From: an uncultured Chloroflexia bacterium
GTDB taxonomy: Bacteria; Chloroflexota; Limnocylindria; Limnocylindrales; CSP1-4
Reading direction: 5' to 3'
Assembly (NCBI GenBank): GCA_963828165.1
Contig: CAWHDR010000001.1
Span: 480,001-544,000, forward strand
Length of the DNA: 64,000 bases
A model generated the notes under the pieces. That model saw nothing but the letters and a program-made list of their open reading frames with translations, was not told the DNA's origin and did not search any database. Positions 1-8,693 of the stretch are shown here, one piece after another. The translations under genes and the position numbers were made by a program. Positions within the stretch are counted from its first letter, which is position 1. The number at the start of each line of letters is the position of its first letter.

Positions 1-1
1 C

Positions 2-370
2 GAGGACCGGGTCGACCTGCTTCACGACGGTGGCGTCGTCGGCGGCCGCATCTCCAGGGAGCGCTGGGTCGAGGTGATCTCGACGGCGCCCGCGAAGCTG
101 TTCGGGATGTATCCGCGAAAAGGCTCGGTCAGCGTCGGGGCTGATGCCGACCTCGTGATCTACGACCCCCAGCGCAAGCGGACGATCTCGGCGAAGACGC
201 ACCACATGGACGTGGACTACTCGTGCTACGAGGGGCGGACGGTCCAGGGCTCGAGCGACGTCGTGCTGTCGCGGGGCTCGGTCATCGTCCGCGACGGGAC
301 GTTCACGGGGCGCAAGGGCCACGGTCGGTTCATCAAGCGAGCGCCGGCCGAGTACGCGCGGATGGCGTGA
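2..370 (+). CDS. hydA: Dihydropyrimidinase/hydantoinase, C-terminal part (gene starts before the window)
   Basis: Frame open from nt 2: EDRVDLLHDGGV..ISTAPAKLFGMYPRKG..GADADLVIYDP..HHMDVDYSCYEG..GHGRF, the typical cyclic amidohydrolase C-terminus. Confidence 0.88.
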   Translation, partial: EDRVDLLHDGGVVGGRISRERWVEVISTAPAKLFGMYPRKGSVSVGADADLVIYDPQRKRTISAKTHHMDVDYSCYEGRTVQGSSDVVLSRGSVIVRDGTFTGRKGHGRFIKRAPAEYARMA

Positions 371-810
371 CAACGGGTACGCGTCGTCACCTGTCCGTCC
401 CGGCCGATCTCGATCGCCTGGCCGATATCCGTACGCTCGTGCGCGAGGTGGCGACCAGTTGCGGGGCTCCCGAGGTCTGCATGGACGAGCTCGTGCAGGC
501 GGTCGACGAGGCTGCGACCAATGTCGCGGTCCACGGCTACCGGGGCGCCCGGGGCGATCTCGACGTGACCGCGGAGCTGGTCGGGGACCGGATCGTGATC
601 ACGCTCGAGGACACCGCCCCACTCTTCGACCCGACCCTCGCGCCCGACGCCGACGTCTCGAGCGCGCCCCAATCACGAAAGCCTGGCGGGATGGGCATCC
701 ACCTGATGCGTCTCGCCACGGACTCGGTCACGCACGCGCCGCGGCCGGGTGGCGGCAATATCCTGACCCTGGAACGTCGATTGGATCCGCGCCCGAAGGA
801 GGATCGCTGA
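367..810 (+). CDS. Anti-sigma factor Ser kinase (RsbW-like, HATPase_c)
   Basis: AVDEAATNVAVHGY (N box), D-x-A-x-x-FDP, GGMGIHLMR; GTG start overlaps the hydA stop (GTGA). Confidence 0.88.
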   Translation: MTTGTRRHLSVPADLDRLADIRTLVREVATSCGAPEVCMDELVQAVDEAATNVAVHGYRGARGDLDVTAELVGDRIVITLEDTAPLFDPTLAPDADVSSAPQSRKPGGMGIHLMRLATDSVTHAPRPGGGNILTLERRLDPRPKEDR

Positions 811-1214
811 TGGCTATGGAAACGACGATCGAGCGGATCGAGGGGCCGATCCCGGTCACCGTCGTGAACCTCGACGGCGAGCTGGATGCGTCGAACTTCG
901 AGGCCCTCATCGATACGGTCCGAGGGCTGTACGACGAAGGGGCGCGCCAGTTGCTGCTGGACCTGTCGCAGCTGCGGTTCATGGCGAGCTCCGGGCTCGT
1001 CGCACTCCACTCGATCGTGCGCATCATGCACGGCGAACCGCCGCTGGACCCGGAGGCCGGCTGGTCGGCGCTCCATACCCAGGTCGGAGAGACCCAGACC
1101 GAGGTCCAGCTGTGCGGGCCGCTCCCGGCGGTCGAACGGGTCCTTGCCCGCACCGGTCTCGATCGGATGTTCGTCGTCCACCCGGATCGGGCGTCGGCGC
1201 TCGCCGCGATCTGA
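810..1214 (+). CDS. STAS-domain anti-sigma factor antagonist (RsbV-like)
   Basis: LDGELDAS..LLLDLSQLRFMASSGL (phospho-Ser motif)..VERVLARTGL; ATG overlaps the upstream stop, GGAGG RBS. Confidence 0.88.
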   Translation: MAMETTIERIEGPIPVTVVNLDGELDASNFEALIDTVRGLYDEGARQLLLDLSQLRFMASSGLVALHSIVRIMHGEPPLDPEAGWSALHTQVGETQTEVQLCGPLPAVERVLARTGLDRMFVVHPDRASALAAI

Positions 1215-1260
1215 CCGGCGCGGGACGAAGCAGGGTCCCGTGCCGGGGCAGGGAACCACG

Positions 1261-2322
1261 ATGCCGCTTGATCCGGAGGCGATCATCGCGCCGTTTCGTG
1301 CGCTGCCCGGTGTCGATATCGCGATCGAAGGTCCGGCCGGCGTCGTCCTCGCCGGCACGACGAGCGAGCCGCCCCCCGGTGACGCCGTCACGCAGGTGAT
1401 CGAGGCCGGGCCGCTGGCGGGTAGCCGGATCAGCGTCTGGGGGGCTCGCGCCGACCCGGAGCTGACGGGGGCCTTCCTTGCGTCGCTGGCCGGCGTCCTG
1501 GCGCGAGGCGGCCACGCGGATCCTTCGACGGCGTCGCCGGATGCTGCCCACGTGCAACAAATCGACAATGAGCTGGCCCACGGGCGGCTTCTCCAGCGCA
1601 GCTTCGTGTCCCTCGTCGCCCCCGACGTTCCGGGCTACGAAGTGGCGAGCTACTACGAGGCCGCGCGCGAGGTCGGCGGCGACTTCTTCGATCTCTTCCG
1701 GCTGCGACGGCGCGGTCACCCGTTGAGCGTCGTGATCGCCGACGTCACCGGCAAGGGCATCGCCGCTGCGCTCCTGATGGCATTCTCTCGGCCGCTCCTC
1801 CACGCGGCCATCGATCAAACGACCGGGCCCGCTGCGGCGCTCGAGCGCACGAACCGCATCCTCGTCGAGGAGCGGCGATCCTCCTTGTTCATCACGGCGC
1901 TGTGCGCCCGGATGGATCTGCCCAGCGGCCGCCTCGCGGTGGCGAACGCGGGGCACGAGCCGCCGCTGGTGGCGCGGGCCGACGGCTCGCCCATCGAATG
2001 CCTGCTCGGGTCGGGTCCGTTGATCGGGGCCTTCGCGACCATAGCGATTCCCGAGGTTGCGACGGATCTGGCGCCCGGCGACCTCGTCTTGTTCTATACC
2101 GACGGGGTCACCGATGCGCGCGATGCCACCGGTGAGCGGTTCGAGGAGCAGCGCCTGTTCGCGGCCGTCGAGTCGGCACGTGGCCGGACGGCACAGGAGG
2201 TCGTCGATGCGGTGGCCGGCGCGGTGGATCGATTCCAGGGACCCACCGAGCCGGCGGACGATGTCACGATCGTGGCCATTCGACGGTCGCCAGCCCGGAC
2301 CCCCGCCCACTCCCGCTCGTAG
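1261..2322 (+). CDS. PP2C/SpoIIE-family phosphatase (RsbU-like)
   Basis: EVGGDFFD, IADVTGKG, NAGHEPP, YTDGVTD, DDVTIV motifs. Confidence 0.92.
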   Translation: MPLDPEAIIAPFRALPGVDIAIEGPAGVVLAGTTSEPPPGDAVTQVIEAGPLAGSRISVWGARADPELTGAFLASLAGVLARGGHADPSTASPDAAHVQQIDNELAHGRLLQRSFVSLVAPDVPGYEVASYYEAAREVGGDFFDLFRLRRRGHPLSVVIADVTGKGIAAALLMAFSRPLLHAAIDQTTGPAAALERTNRILVEERRSSLFITALCARMDLPSGRLAVANAGHEPPLVARADGSPIECLLGSGPLIGAFATIAIPEVATDLAPGDLVLFYTDGVTDARDATGERFEEQRLFAAVESARGRTAQEVVDAVAGAVDRFQGPTEPADDVTIVAIRRSPARTPAHSRS

Positions 2323-2358
2323 GACGATCCGGCAGGTCTGCCAAGCGCTGAACGTGAA

Positions 2359-2389
2359 CGGACCCGCCGGATTGGTTCCGGCGGGTCCG
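2359..2389. terminator. Hairpin between convergent genes (probable terminator)
   Basis: Perfect 13-bp stem CGGACCCGCCGGA / TCCGGCGGGTCCG with a 5-nt loop. Confidence 0.65.
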
Positions 2390-2408
2390 CGAGGAGGAGA
2401 TCGGCGGG

Positions 2409-2858
2409 TTAGACGGCGTCAGACGGGCGGCGGCTGAAGATGCGGAGTGCGGCGAGGATCAGCGCCTCGACCAAGGTCCAGCCGATCAGCGCGACCAGCG
2501 CCGCGACATCGAGCCTCGACTCGCCTGCAGTCACGCGGTCGATCGAGAACATCCCGCGGAACGGTTCGACGAACGGGTCGGTGATGCTGAGGATCAGCGA
2601 TACGACGTCGTTGCCGGTGTTTGCGACGAGCAGCAGCAGGATGATCCGGAGGATCAGCGCCGCCTGGAGGATGCCGAAGAGGAAGGTGACGACCCGCGAC
2701 GCGGTCGTGACGCCGCTCGGTCCGGGCGCGACGTAGGCTCGTTCGGTGGTTCGGACGGATGCGGCTTGGGTCGCGGGATCGGTGTAGCCGGGTGCCGCCG
2801 GTGCGGCCGGGTCGACCGTGGTGGTCTCCCGGGTCGTGGTTCGCTCGTAATCGGTCAT
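2409..2858 (-). CDS. YggT-family membrane protein
   Basis: MTDYERTTT.. start with GGAGG RBS; LRIILLLL..ITDPFVEPFRGMF..LDVAALVAL. Confidence 0.78.
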   Translation of the reverse strand: MTDYERTTTRETTTVDPAAPAAPGYTDPATQAASVRTTERAYVAPGPSGVTTASRVVTFLFGILQAALILRIILLLLVANTGNDVVSLILSITDPFVEPFRGMFSIDRVTAGESRLDVAALVALIGWTLVEALILAALRIFSRRPSDAV

Positions 2859-2955
2859 GGTTGGGCCTCCCTGGGACGGGCTGACCCAGGCAGCATGGGC
2901 CGCCGAGGTCCCGTGAGACGTCGCAACCCCCGAGCGGCCGAGTTGCAGCGGCGTG

Positions 2956-3702
2956 TCAGCGGCGCCACGCAAATAGACGCGTCGCACCGACATCGCACCA
3001 CACAAGGCCCGGCTCGGCGGGCGGCTCTTCGCCAAGTATGAGCGCGCGGACCCAACCGAGCGACGAACCCGGGAGGCGGGCCGCAAAGATTTCCGGATAG
3101 CGGCGAACCAGCGCTCTGTTTCTAGCCGTGGCGCGTACGACCCAGCACCCGGCGACGCGATGCGGGCGTTCGCCACCGACCGCGACGGCAAACGCTTCCG
3201 CCTCGGCGAGCTTTCGAGTTGACGCGCGAGCAGCGGCACCAAGATCCCCAATCGTGTTCCAGCACTCCACGAACGTTAGTCGGCGGCGGCGATCGTCGCG
3301 GAGGCCAACATCGGTCGAGCGTGACGGGTCCGCCGGCCGGGTCGGTAGCTCGAAGGATCCGCGATATCCGGCCGCACGCCCGAGTCGAAGCACCAGCTCC
3401 TGGATGCGCAGGTGGCCCGCGTCGATCGGCTCCTCGGTGGGATCCCGACCGAGGTCAATGTCAAGGCGGGTGTCGAGGGCAACAGCCACTCGCTGCCAGG
3501 TATCGAGGGTGTGACCGCCGCCGAGTCCGCGCTCCATAGCCGACACGGCGGATCGCGAGAGGCCGACTCGCTCGGCCAGCCGCTGCTGGGTCATGCCTCG
3601 TCGCCGGCGAGCCCCCCGGATCCGACCGCCGAGTCTGGCCGTCTGCTCTCGATTGCGCCGGCCGGCTTCCGCGGCCAGTTCCTGCTTCCGGTATTTGGGC
3701 AC
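2956..3702 (-). CDS. XRE-family HTH protein with C-terminal restriction-endonuclease-like domain
   Basis: IRGARRRRGMTQQRLAERVGLSRSAVSAMERG (HTH_3), followed by E..STDV..LTFVECW, a PD-(D/E)xK-like strand pattern. Confidence 0.75.
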   Translation of the reverse strand: MPKYRKQELAAEAGRRNREQTARLGGRIRGARRRRGMTQQRLAERVGLSRSAVSAMERGLGGGHTLDTWQRVAVALDTRLDIDLGRDPTEEPIDAGHLRIQELVLRLGRAAGYRGSFELPTRPADPSRSTDVGLRDDRRRRLTFVECWNTIGDLGAAARASTRKLAEAEAFAVAVGGERPHRVAGCWVVRATARNRALVRRYPEIFAARLPGSSLGWVRALILGEEPPAEPGLVWCDVGATRLFAWRR

Positions 3703-3820
3703 GATGAATCCCCTTCGGGTGCCCGTTCCTAGGCGGGCTGGGCGACGGGCTGGAGGCGGCGGCCACGAACGCGACGTGAGCTTCGCCGCGGCCGTGCTTG
3801 CTCCATGATCGCCGCACGCC

Positions 3821-3971
3821 CTGCACGTGGCCTTATCTGGGTCGTCGGCGGCAGCCGGGTCGGCCCTAGCGCCTCAGACGCCCCCGTTTGACCATGCAGG
3901 CGGCACAGGCGTCGACAAGGGACGCGCGATCCTGCGTAAGTGGTCCGCATCCCCAGACATCGACCATGCAG
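3821..3971. repeat. ~150-bp palindromic intergenic element (REP/REPIN-like)
   Basis: Imperfect terminal inverted repeats CTGCACGTGGCCTTATCTGGG / CCCCAGACATCGACCATGCAG; internal copy of GACCATGCAG at 3890-3899. Confidence 0.45.
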
Positions 3972-4086
3972 CGGTCACGGACACGCCCAAGGGTGCGGCA
4001 GTGGCCTTTGGCGCCGCGGGCGCCGTCAGCATGGCTCGCGGGCAAGCCCGAGCGTCCAGCGCGCGCCAAGATCTCCGGGCGAGCCC

Positions 4087-5622
4087 TCAACGCGTACGCG
4101 GGAACCCCAGGTCCACCTTGGAAGTCCCCGGATCCGGCCAGCGCGACGTGACGATCTTGGCCCGCGTGTAGAACTGGATACCCTCCGGCCCGTACATGTG
4201 CAGGTCGCCGAAGAGCGAGGCCTTCCAGCCGCCGAAGCTGTAGTACGCCACGGGCACCGGGATCGGCACGTTGATGCCCACCATGCCGGTGTTCACTTCG
4301 AACTGGAACTGGCGAGCCGCGCCGCCATCGCGGGTGAAGATCGCCGTCCCGTTGCCATAGGGGTTGTCGTTGACCAGGGCGACCGCCTCTGGATAGCTCG
4401 GGACGCGGACCACTTCGAGGACCGGCCCGAAGATCTCGTTCCGGTAGCACTCCATCTCCGGGCTCACCCGGTCGAGGAGCGAAACCCCGAGGAAGAAGCC
4501 CTTCCCTTCCTGGAACAGGACGTGCTGTCGGCCGTCGACGACCAGGTCGGCGCCCTGGGCCGGTCCGGAATCCAGGTAGCTCGCGACCTTGTCGCGGTGC
4601 TCGCGGGTGACGAGCGGGCCCATCTCGGCATCCGGGTCCGTGCCGGGCCCTACCTTGATCTTCGGCAGGCGGACCTTGAGCGCCTCGACCAGCGGGTCGG
4701 CGATATCGCCGACGGCCACTACGACGCTGATCGCCATGCATCGCTCGCCCGCCGAGCCGTAGGCCGCGGATACGGCCGCATCGGCGGCCATGTCGATGTC
4801 CGCGTCGGGCAGGACGATCATGTGGTTCTTGGCGCCGCCGAGGGCCTGGACGCGCTTTCCGTTGCGGGTGCCGGTCTCGTAGATGTGCCGCGCGATGGGC
4901 GTCGACCCGACGAACGAGACGGCAGCGATGTCCGGGTGCTCGAGGATCGCATCGACGGCGACCTTGTCGCCGTGGACGACGTTGAAGACGCCATCCGGGA
5001 CCCCCGCGTCGTGGAGCAGCTCGGCCAGGAAGTTGGCGGCGGACGGGTCCTTCTCCGACGGCTTCAGGATGAAGGTGTTGCCGGTCGCGATGGCCGTCCC
5101 GAACATCCACATCGGGACCATGGCCGGGAAGTTGAACGGGGTGATGCCGGCCACGACCCCGAGTGGCTGGCGGATCTGGTACACGTCCACGCCGGTGCTG
5201 ACCTGCTCGCTGAAGCCCCCCTTGAGCAGGTGCGGAATCCCGGTCGCGAACTCGAGGTTCTCGAGCCCACGGGCGATCTCACCCAGCGCGTCCGACGGGA
5301 CCTTGCCGTGCTCGGCCGTCAGATGCGCCGCGAGCTCGTTGCGACGCTGGTCGACCAGGTTCCTGATCTTGAACATGATGTCGGTGCGCTTCGACAGCGA
5401 CGTCGCGCGCCAGGCGGGGAATGCCGCCTTGGCCGCGGCGACAGCCGCCGATACCTCGTCGACCGAGGCGAGATCGACGTGACGCGTCAGCTCCCCGGTC
5501 GCTGGGTCATACACCGGACCCTCGCGGCCGGATGTGCCCGGTACGAACCGACCGTCGATCCAGTGGCTGACCCGTCCGGGCGGGGACGTCTTGGAGATCT
5601 CGGGTTCAGCGACCTGCGTCAT
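4087..5622 (-). CDS. mmsA: CoA-acylating (methyl)malonate-semialdehyde dehydrogenase
   Basis: ITPFNFPAMVPMW, KPSEKDP, FVGSTP, ALGGAKNH, GERCMA (catalytic Cys), EIFGPV, GINVPIPVP. Confidence 0.95.
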   Translation of the reverse strand: MTQVAEPEISKTSPPGRVSHWIDGRFVPGTSGREGPVYDPATGELTRHVDLASVDEVSAAVAAAKAAFPAWRATSLSKRTDIMFKIRNLVDQRRNELAAHLTAEHGKVPSDALGEIARGLENLEFATGIPHLLKGGFSEQVSTGVDVYQIRQPLGVVAGITPFNFPAMVPMWMFGTAIATGNTFILKPSEKDPSAANFLAELLHDAGVPDGVFNVVHGDKVAVDAILEHPDIAAVSFVGSTPIARHIYETGTRNGKRVQALGGAKNHMIVLPDADIDMAADAAVSAAYGSAGERCMAISVVVAVGDIADPLVEALKVRLPKIKVGPGTDPDAEMGPLVTREHRDKVASYLDSGPAQGADLVVDGRQHVLFQEGKGFFLGVSLLDRVSPEMECYRNEIFGPVLEVVRVPSYPEAVALVNDNPYGNGTAIFTRDGGAARQFQFEVNTGMVGINVPIPVPVAYYSFGGWKASLFGDLHMYGPEGIQFYTRAKIVTSRWPDPGTSKVDLGFPRTR

Positions 5623-5727
5623 GGGTGGATCCTCGTGCGATGGTGCGGCCCGGCGACGCGGGGCGCGGGGTGCAGTCCCCTCACGATACTCCGTTGACGC
5701 CATCGACCCGCTGTGGGGCTCGAAACC

Positions 5728-6600
5728 CTAGAACTGCGGCCGTGTCTCGGGATCCGGCCACGACGGACTGTCATCGCCGGCACGCGTCGCGCGGACTCGC
5801 GCGCGCCAGCGCGACCAATGCGGGAGCGCCGCGATCGTGATCGCCGCGCCAACGACGATCCCGGCAGCGATCAGGCCCGCGACCGGGAACGGCCCGAGTA
5901 CCGCGGGATCGCGCCACGTGATCGAGACGGCAGCTCGGACCATCGCCCACGCCCCGATGGCCAGGAGCAGCAGACGCCCCTGCGTCGCCCGAGATCGGTC
6001 GCCCACGCCGCCGAGGATCAGCAGCAGGACCAGGACGAGCGTCGCGCTCCCCTCGTAGAGCTGCGCCGGGTGCGACGGAAGCTCGGGAACCAGTGAGGCC
6101 CAGGGACCCGGACCGAGGTATGCCGTCGACCAGACGGCGTCGAGCGGCGATCCCTGGCCGCTCCCGCCGAGCGCCATGGCCAGCTTGCCGCCGCCCAGTG
6201 CCACGAGCAACGGCAAGGCCAGCACGTGCGCCCAGCGGCCCACCGGTGCGCCGAGCAGCTTTCCGACGTAGGCGCCGGTCAGCGACCCGCCGACGACGGC
6301 GAGCCCGAGCTCGAGCCCGCCGATCGCGGGATCGAGCAGACTGAGCGGACTGGCGGCGAAGGCCTCGGGGACCGTCGTCAGCTGGCCGAGCCGACCTCCG
6401 ATCACGGCTCCTGGCACGGCTCCCACGACGATGTACAGCAGGTCGTCCGGGCGCAATGAAGAGCGCCGAGCCAGGACGCCCGCGACCACCAGGCAGGCGC
6501 CGACCAGGGCGGCAAGGGCGACCGTCTGCCAGCGCACGACGAGGCCGTCGCCGAGGCGCAAGAGGGGGTCGAAATCGAACGCGATGACGGCGATCGGCAC
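5728..6600 (-). CDS. Lgt-like (prolipoprotein diacylglyceryl transferase family) membrane protein, divergent paralogue
   Basis: GAVIGGRLG, HPAQLYEG motifs and multiple TM segments; the GRxGN motif is not conserved; start approximate. Confidence 0.7.
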   Translation of the reverse strand: MPIAVIAFDFDPLLRLGDGLVVRWQTVALAALVGACLVVAGVLARRSSLRPDDLLYIVVGAVPGAVIGGRLGQLTTVPEAFAASPLSLLDPAIGGLELGLAVVGGSLTGAYVGKLLGAPVGRWAHVLALPLLVALGGGKLAMALGGSGQGSPLDAVWSTAYLGPGPWASLVPELPSHPAQLYEGSATLVLVLLLILGGVGDRSRATQGRLLLLAIGAWAMVRAAVSITWRDPAVLGPFPVAGLIAAGIVVGAAITIAALPHWSRWRARVRATRAGDDSPSWPDPETRPQF

Positions 6601-6864
6601 GGTCCCGGCAGTGTACCCGTGCGTGGGGTGTCGGCTGGCCGACACGTGGCCTGTCGCGCGTTCCGTCGCGGCTCGATGCCACAGCCGACACCATGCCGGT
6701 CATACGGCGGTCGCGCTGGGGGCGCACTGCCGTGATGGGGGGAATGGGATCGGCCAGCCTTGGGGGGCGACCGATCAGAGTCCGACGTCCGGTCCTCCGG
6801 GGGGATGGGCCGGACGTCGTGACCACTCGTAGGGGACGTCGTGCGACACCGATCCGCCACCCCG

Positions 6865-7650
6865 ATGGGCCTGGAGATCACGCTCCTCGGCCGATTCTCG
6901 GTCCGGACCACGACCGGGCAGGAGATCCGGCTCGTGGGGCGCCACGCGCAGGCCCTGTTCACGCTCCTCGTGTTGACCCGTCGACCGCGGACTCGCGAGG
7001 CCATCGCGACCGACCTGTGGCCGGAGTCGATGGTCACCGCCACAGGTCCATTACGCCAGGCCCTGTATCAGATGCGCGGAGCCCTGGCAGGCGCGGGGCT
7101 GGACCTCGATGCGACGCTCGAGGCGGATGCGGAGACGCTTGGCCTGCGACCGGACGTCGTTCACCACCTGGACGCGGATCGCTTCGAGGTGTGCATCGCT
7201 GACGCCGCCTGTGGCGCCGAGGCCGCGGTGGCGCTCTACGGTGGCGACCTCGCCGAGGGGCTTGGGCACGACTGCTTCGCCGCGGAGCGCGAGCGGCTCG
7301 CCGACCGCTACGAGGATGCCCTCGCACACGTGGCCGCTCAACGGCTGGAGGCGGGAGATGTGGATGGCGCCCGCGAAGCCGCGGAGCGGCTCATCGCGCG
7401 CGATCCGCTCCGCGAGGAGGCGCACGAGGTCCTCATCGCCGTGCATGGTCTGGTCGGGTCGCGATCACAGGTCGTCCGCCAGTACCGGCGCCTGCGCGTG
7501 GTGCTCGCGCGCGAACTCGCCGAGCGCCCGTTGCCGGAGACCGACGCGACGTATCGCCTCGCCCTGGCGCGGACCGTGGAGCGCTCGCACCTGCGCGCGA
7601 GCGCGATGGAGCGGCCGGCGGCGATCGCGTCCCTGGCCGCCGTCGGCTAG
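6865..7650 (+). CDS. SARP/AfsR-type regulator with BTAD domain (stand-alone)
   Basis: LEITLLGRFSV, LWPES, ALYGGDLAEG, DPLREEAH..LARELAERPLPET. Confidence 0.85.
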   Translation: MGLEITLLGRFSVRTTTGQEIRLVGRHAQALFTLLVLTRRPRTREAIATDLWPESMVTATGPLRQALYQMRGALAGAGLDLDATLEADAETLGLRPDVVHHLDADRFEVCIADAACGAEAAVALYGGDLAEGLGHDCFAAERERLADRYEDALAHVAAQRLEAGDVDGAREAAERLIARDPLREEAHEVLIAVHGLVGSRSQVVRQYRRLRVVLARELAERPLPETDATYRLALARTVERSHLRASAMERPAAIASLAAVG

Positions 7651-7736
7651 CTGCCGCCCGGAAGGGTCAACACGCCCCCGGACACTCCACCGGTGCGCGG
7701 GCCACTAGCCTCACCCGTCGGGCGTAGCATCAAGCC

Positions 7737-8162
7737 GTGCTACGCCCCGTTCTGACGCTGCTCGGCGCGATCCTCGTGCTTGCCGCATGTGCCGCGAGTG
7801 GCGGTGCCGACAGCCCGTCCGGAGGGCTGCCAACATCTCCCGCAGGTGCGTCCGGCGAGCCGGATGCGACCGGTGGCGACTCGCCCCCAATGGGGAGCGG
7901 TGGCGACTCGCTCCCCGCGTCGATCACCGATCCCATCGTCGCCGACGCAGCCACGCGCCTCGGCGTGGATCCATCTGCGGTCACGATCGTGGAGGCCAAG
8001 GCGGAGACGTTTTCCGATGGGTCGCTCGGGTGCCCCGAGCCCGGGATGATGTACACGCAGGCGCTCGTCGATGGGTACCAGGTCGTCGTGGAGGCGAACG
8101 GCACGCAGCTCGACTATCGCGGCAGCGCCCCGGGCAGGTTCAGGATCTGCCAGAACCCCTGA
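7737..8162 (+). CDS. Hypothetical lipoprotein
   Basis: Lipobox LVLAAC; low-complexity linker; domain with FSDGSLGCPEPGMMYTQALVDGY..LDYR. Confidence 0.78.
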   Translation: MLRPVLTLLGAILVLAACAASGGADSPSGGLPTSPAGASGEPDATGGDSPPMGSGGDSLPASITDPIVADAATRLGVDPSAVTIVEAKAETFSDGSLGCPEPGMMYTQALVDGYQVVVEANGTQLDYRGSAPGRFRICQNP

Positions 8163-8209
8163 TGAACGCGTCCGCCGACGGCGCCTACGCCGGGGGACTT
8201 GAGACAGCC

Positions 8210-8548
8210 CTAGTCGGACTGGGACGGTGGCGGGATCGTCCGTTCGGCGTCCGGACGCTCGGCTTCGACCGCCGGAGCCACGGGAGCGAACGAGGACGGC
8301 CACGGGATGGTCCGTTCGGCGTCCGGGTGCTCGGACTCGATCGCAGGCGCCACGGGCGAGGCTGAGCTCGGGACCGGGATCGTCTGCTCGGCATCCGGAT
8401 GGTTGGTCTCGATGGCTGGGGCCACGGGAGAGGAGGAACCTTCCGGCACGAGCGACGGCGCGGCCGATCCGTCATCGAGGCGCTGTCGACACGCGGCGGC
8501 GACCCCGATCAGGAGCAGTGCGAGGAGTGTGATGAGCGCGATCCGCAT
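8210..8548 (-). CDS. Small probable lipoprotein made of three 24-aa repeats
   Basis: Signal peptide ending VAAAC; repeats PVAPAIExxHPDAExTIPxPSS. Confidence 0.65.
   Translation of the reverse strand: MRIALITLLALLLIGVAAACRQRLDDGSAAPSLVPEGSSSPVAPAIETNHPDAEQTIPVPSSASPVAPAIESEHPDAERTIPWPSSFAPVAPAVEAERPDAERTIPPPSQSD
8231..8437. repeat. 72-bp tandem repeat, ~3 copies (coding)
   Basis: Units start with CGGGAT at 8231, 8303 and 8375 (period 72). Confidence 0.85.
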
Positions 8549-8617
8549 CGACACCCACATAGTGTGCCGCAGGGACGATGAATCGGCTTTCAAGGGAGAC
8601 ATGTATCCCTAGACGTA

Positions 8618-8648
8618 CCGAGACCCCCGGCGGTGCCGGGGGTCTCGG
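8618..8648 (-). terminator. Hairpin downstream of the M6 protease gene
   Basis: 14-bp stem CCGAGACCCCCGGC / GCCGGGGGTCTCGG. Confidence 0.65.
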
Positions 8649-8693
8649 GGCTTCTGGCTCGGGACGATCAGGTCCCGTCGTGATGGCTGTGGC

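Noticed and set aside
8231-8437. 72-bp periodicity resembling CRISPR repeat-spacer units
   Set aside because: Similarity spans the whole unit and is in frame; no cas genes nearby
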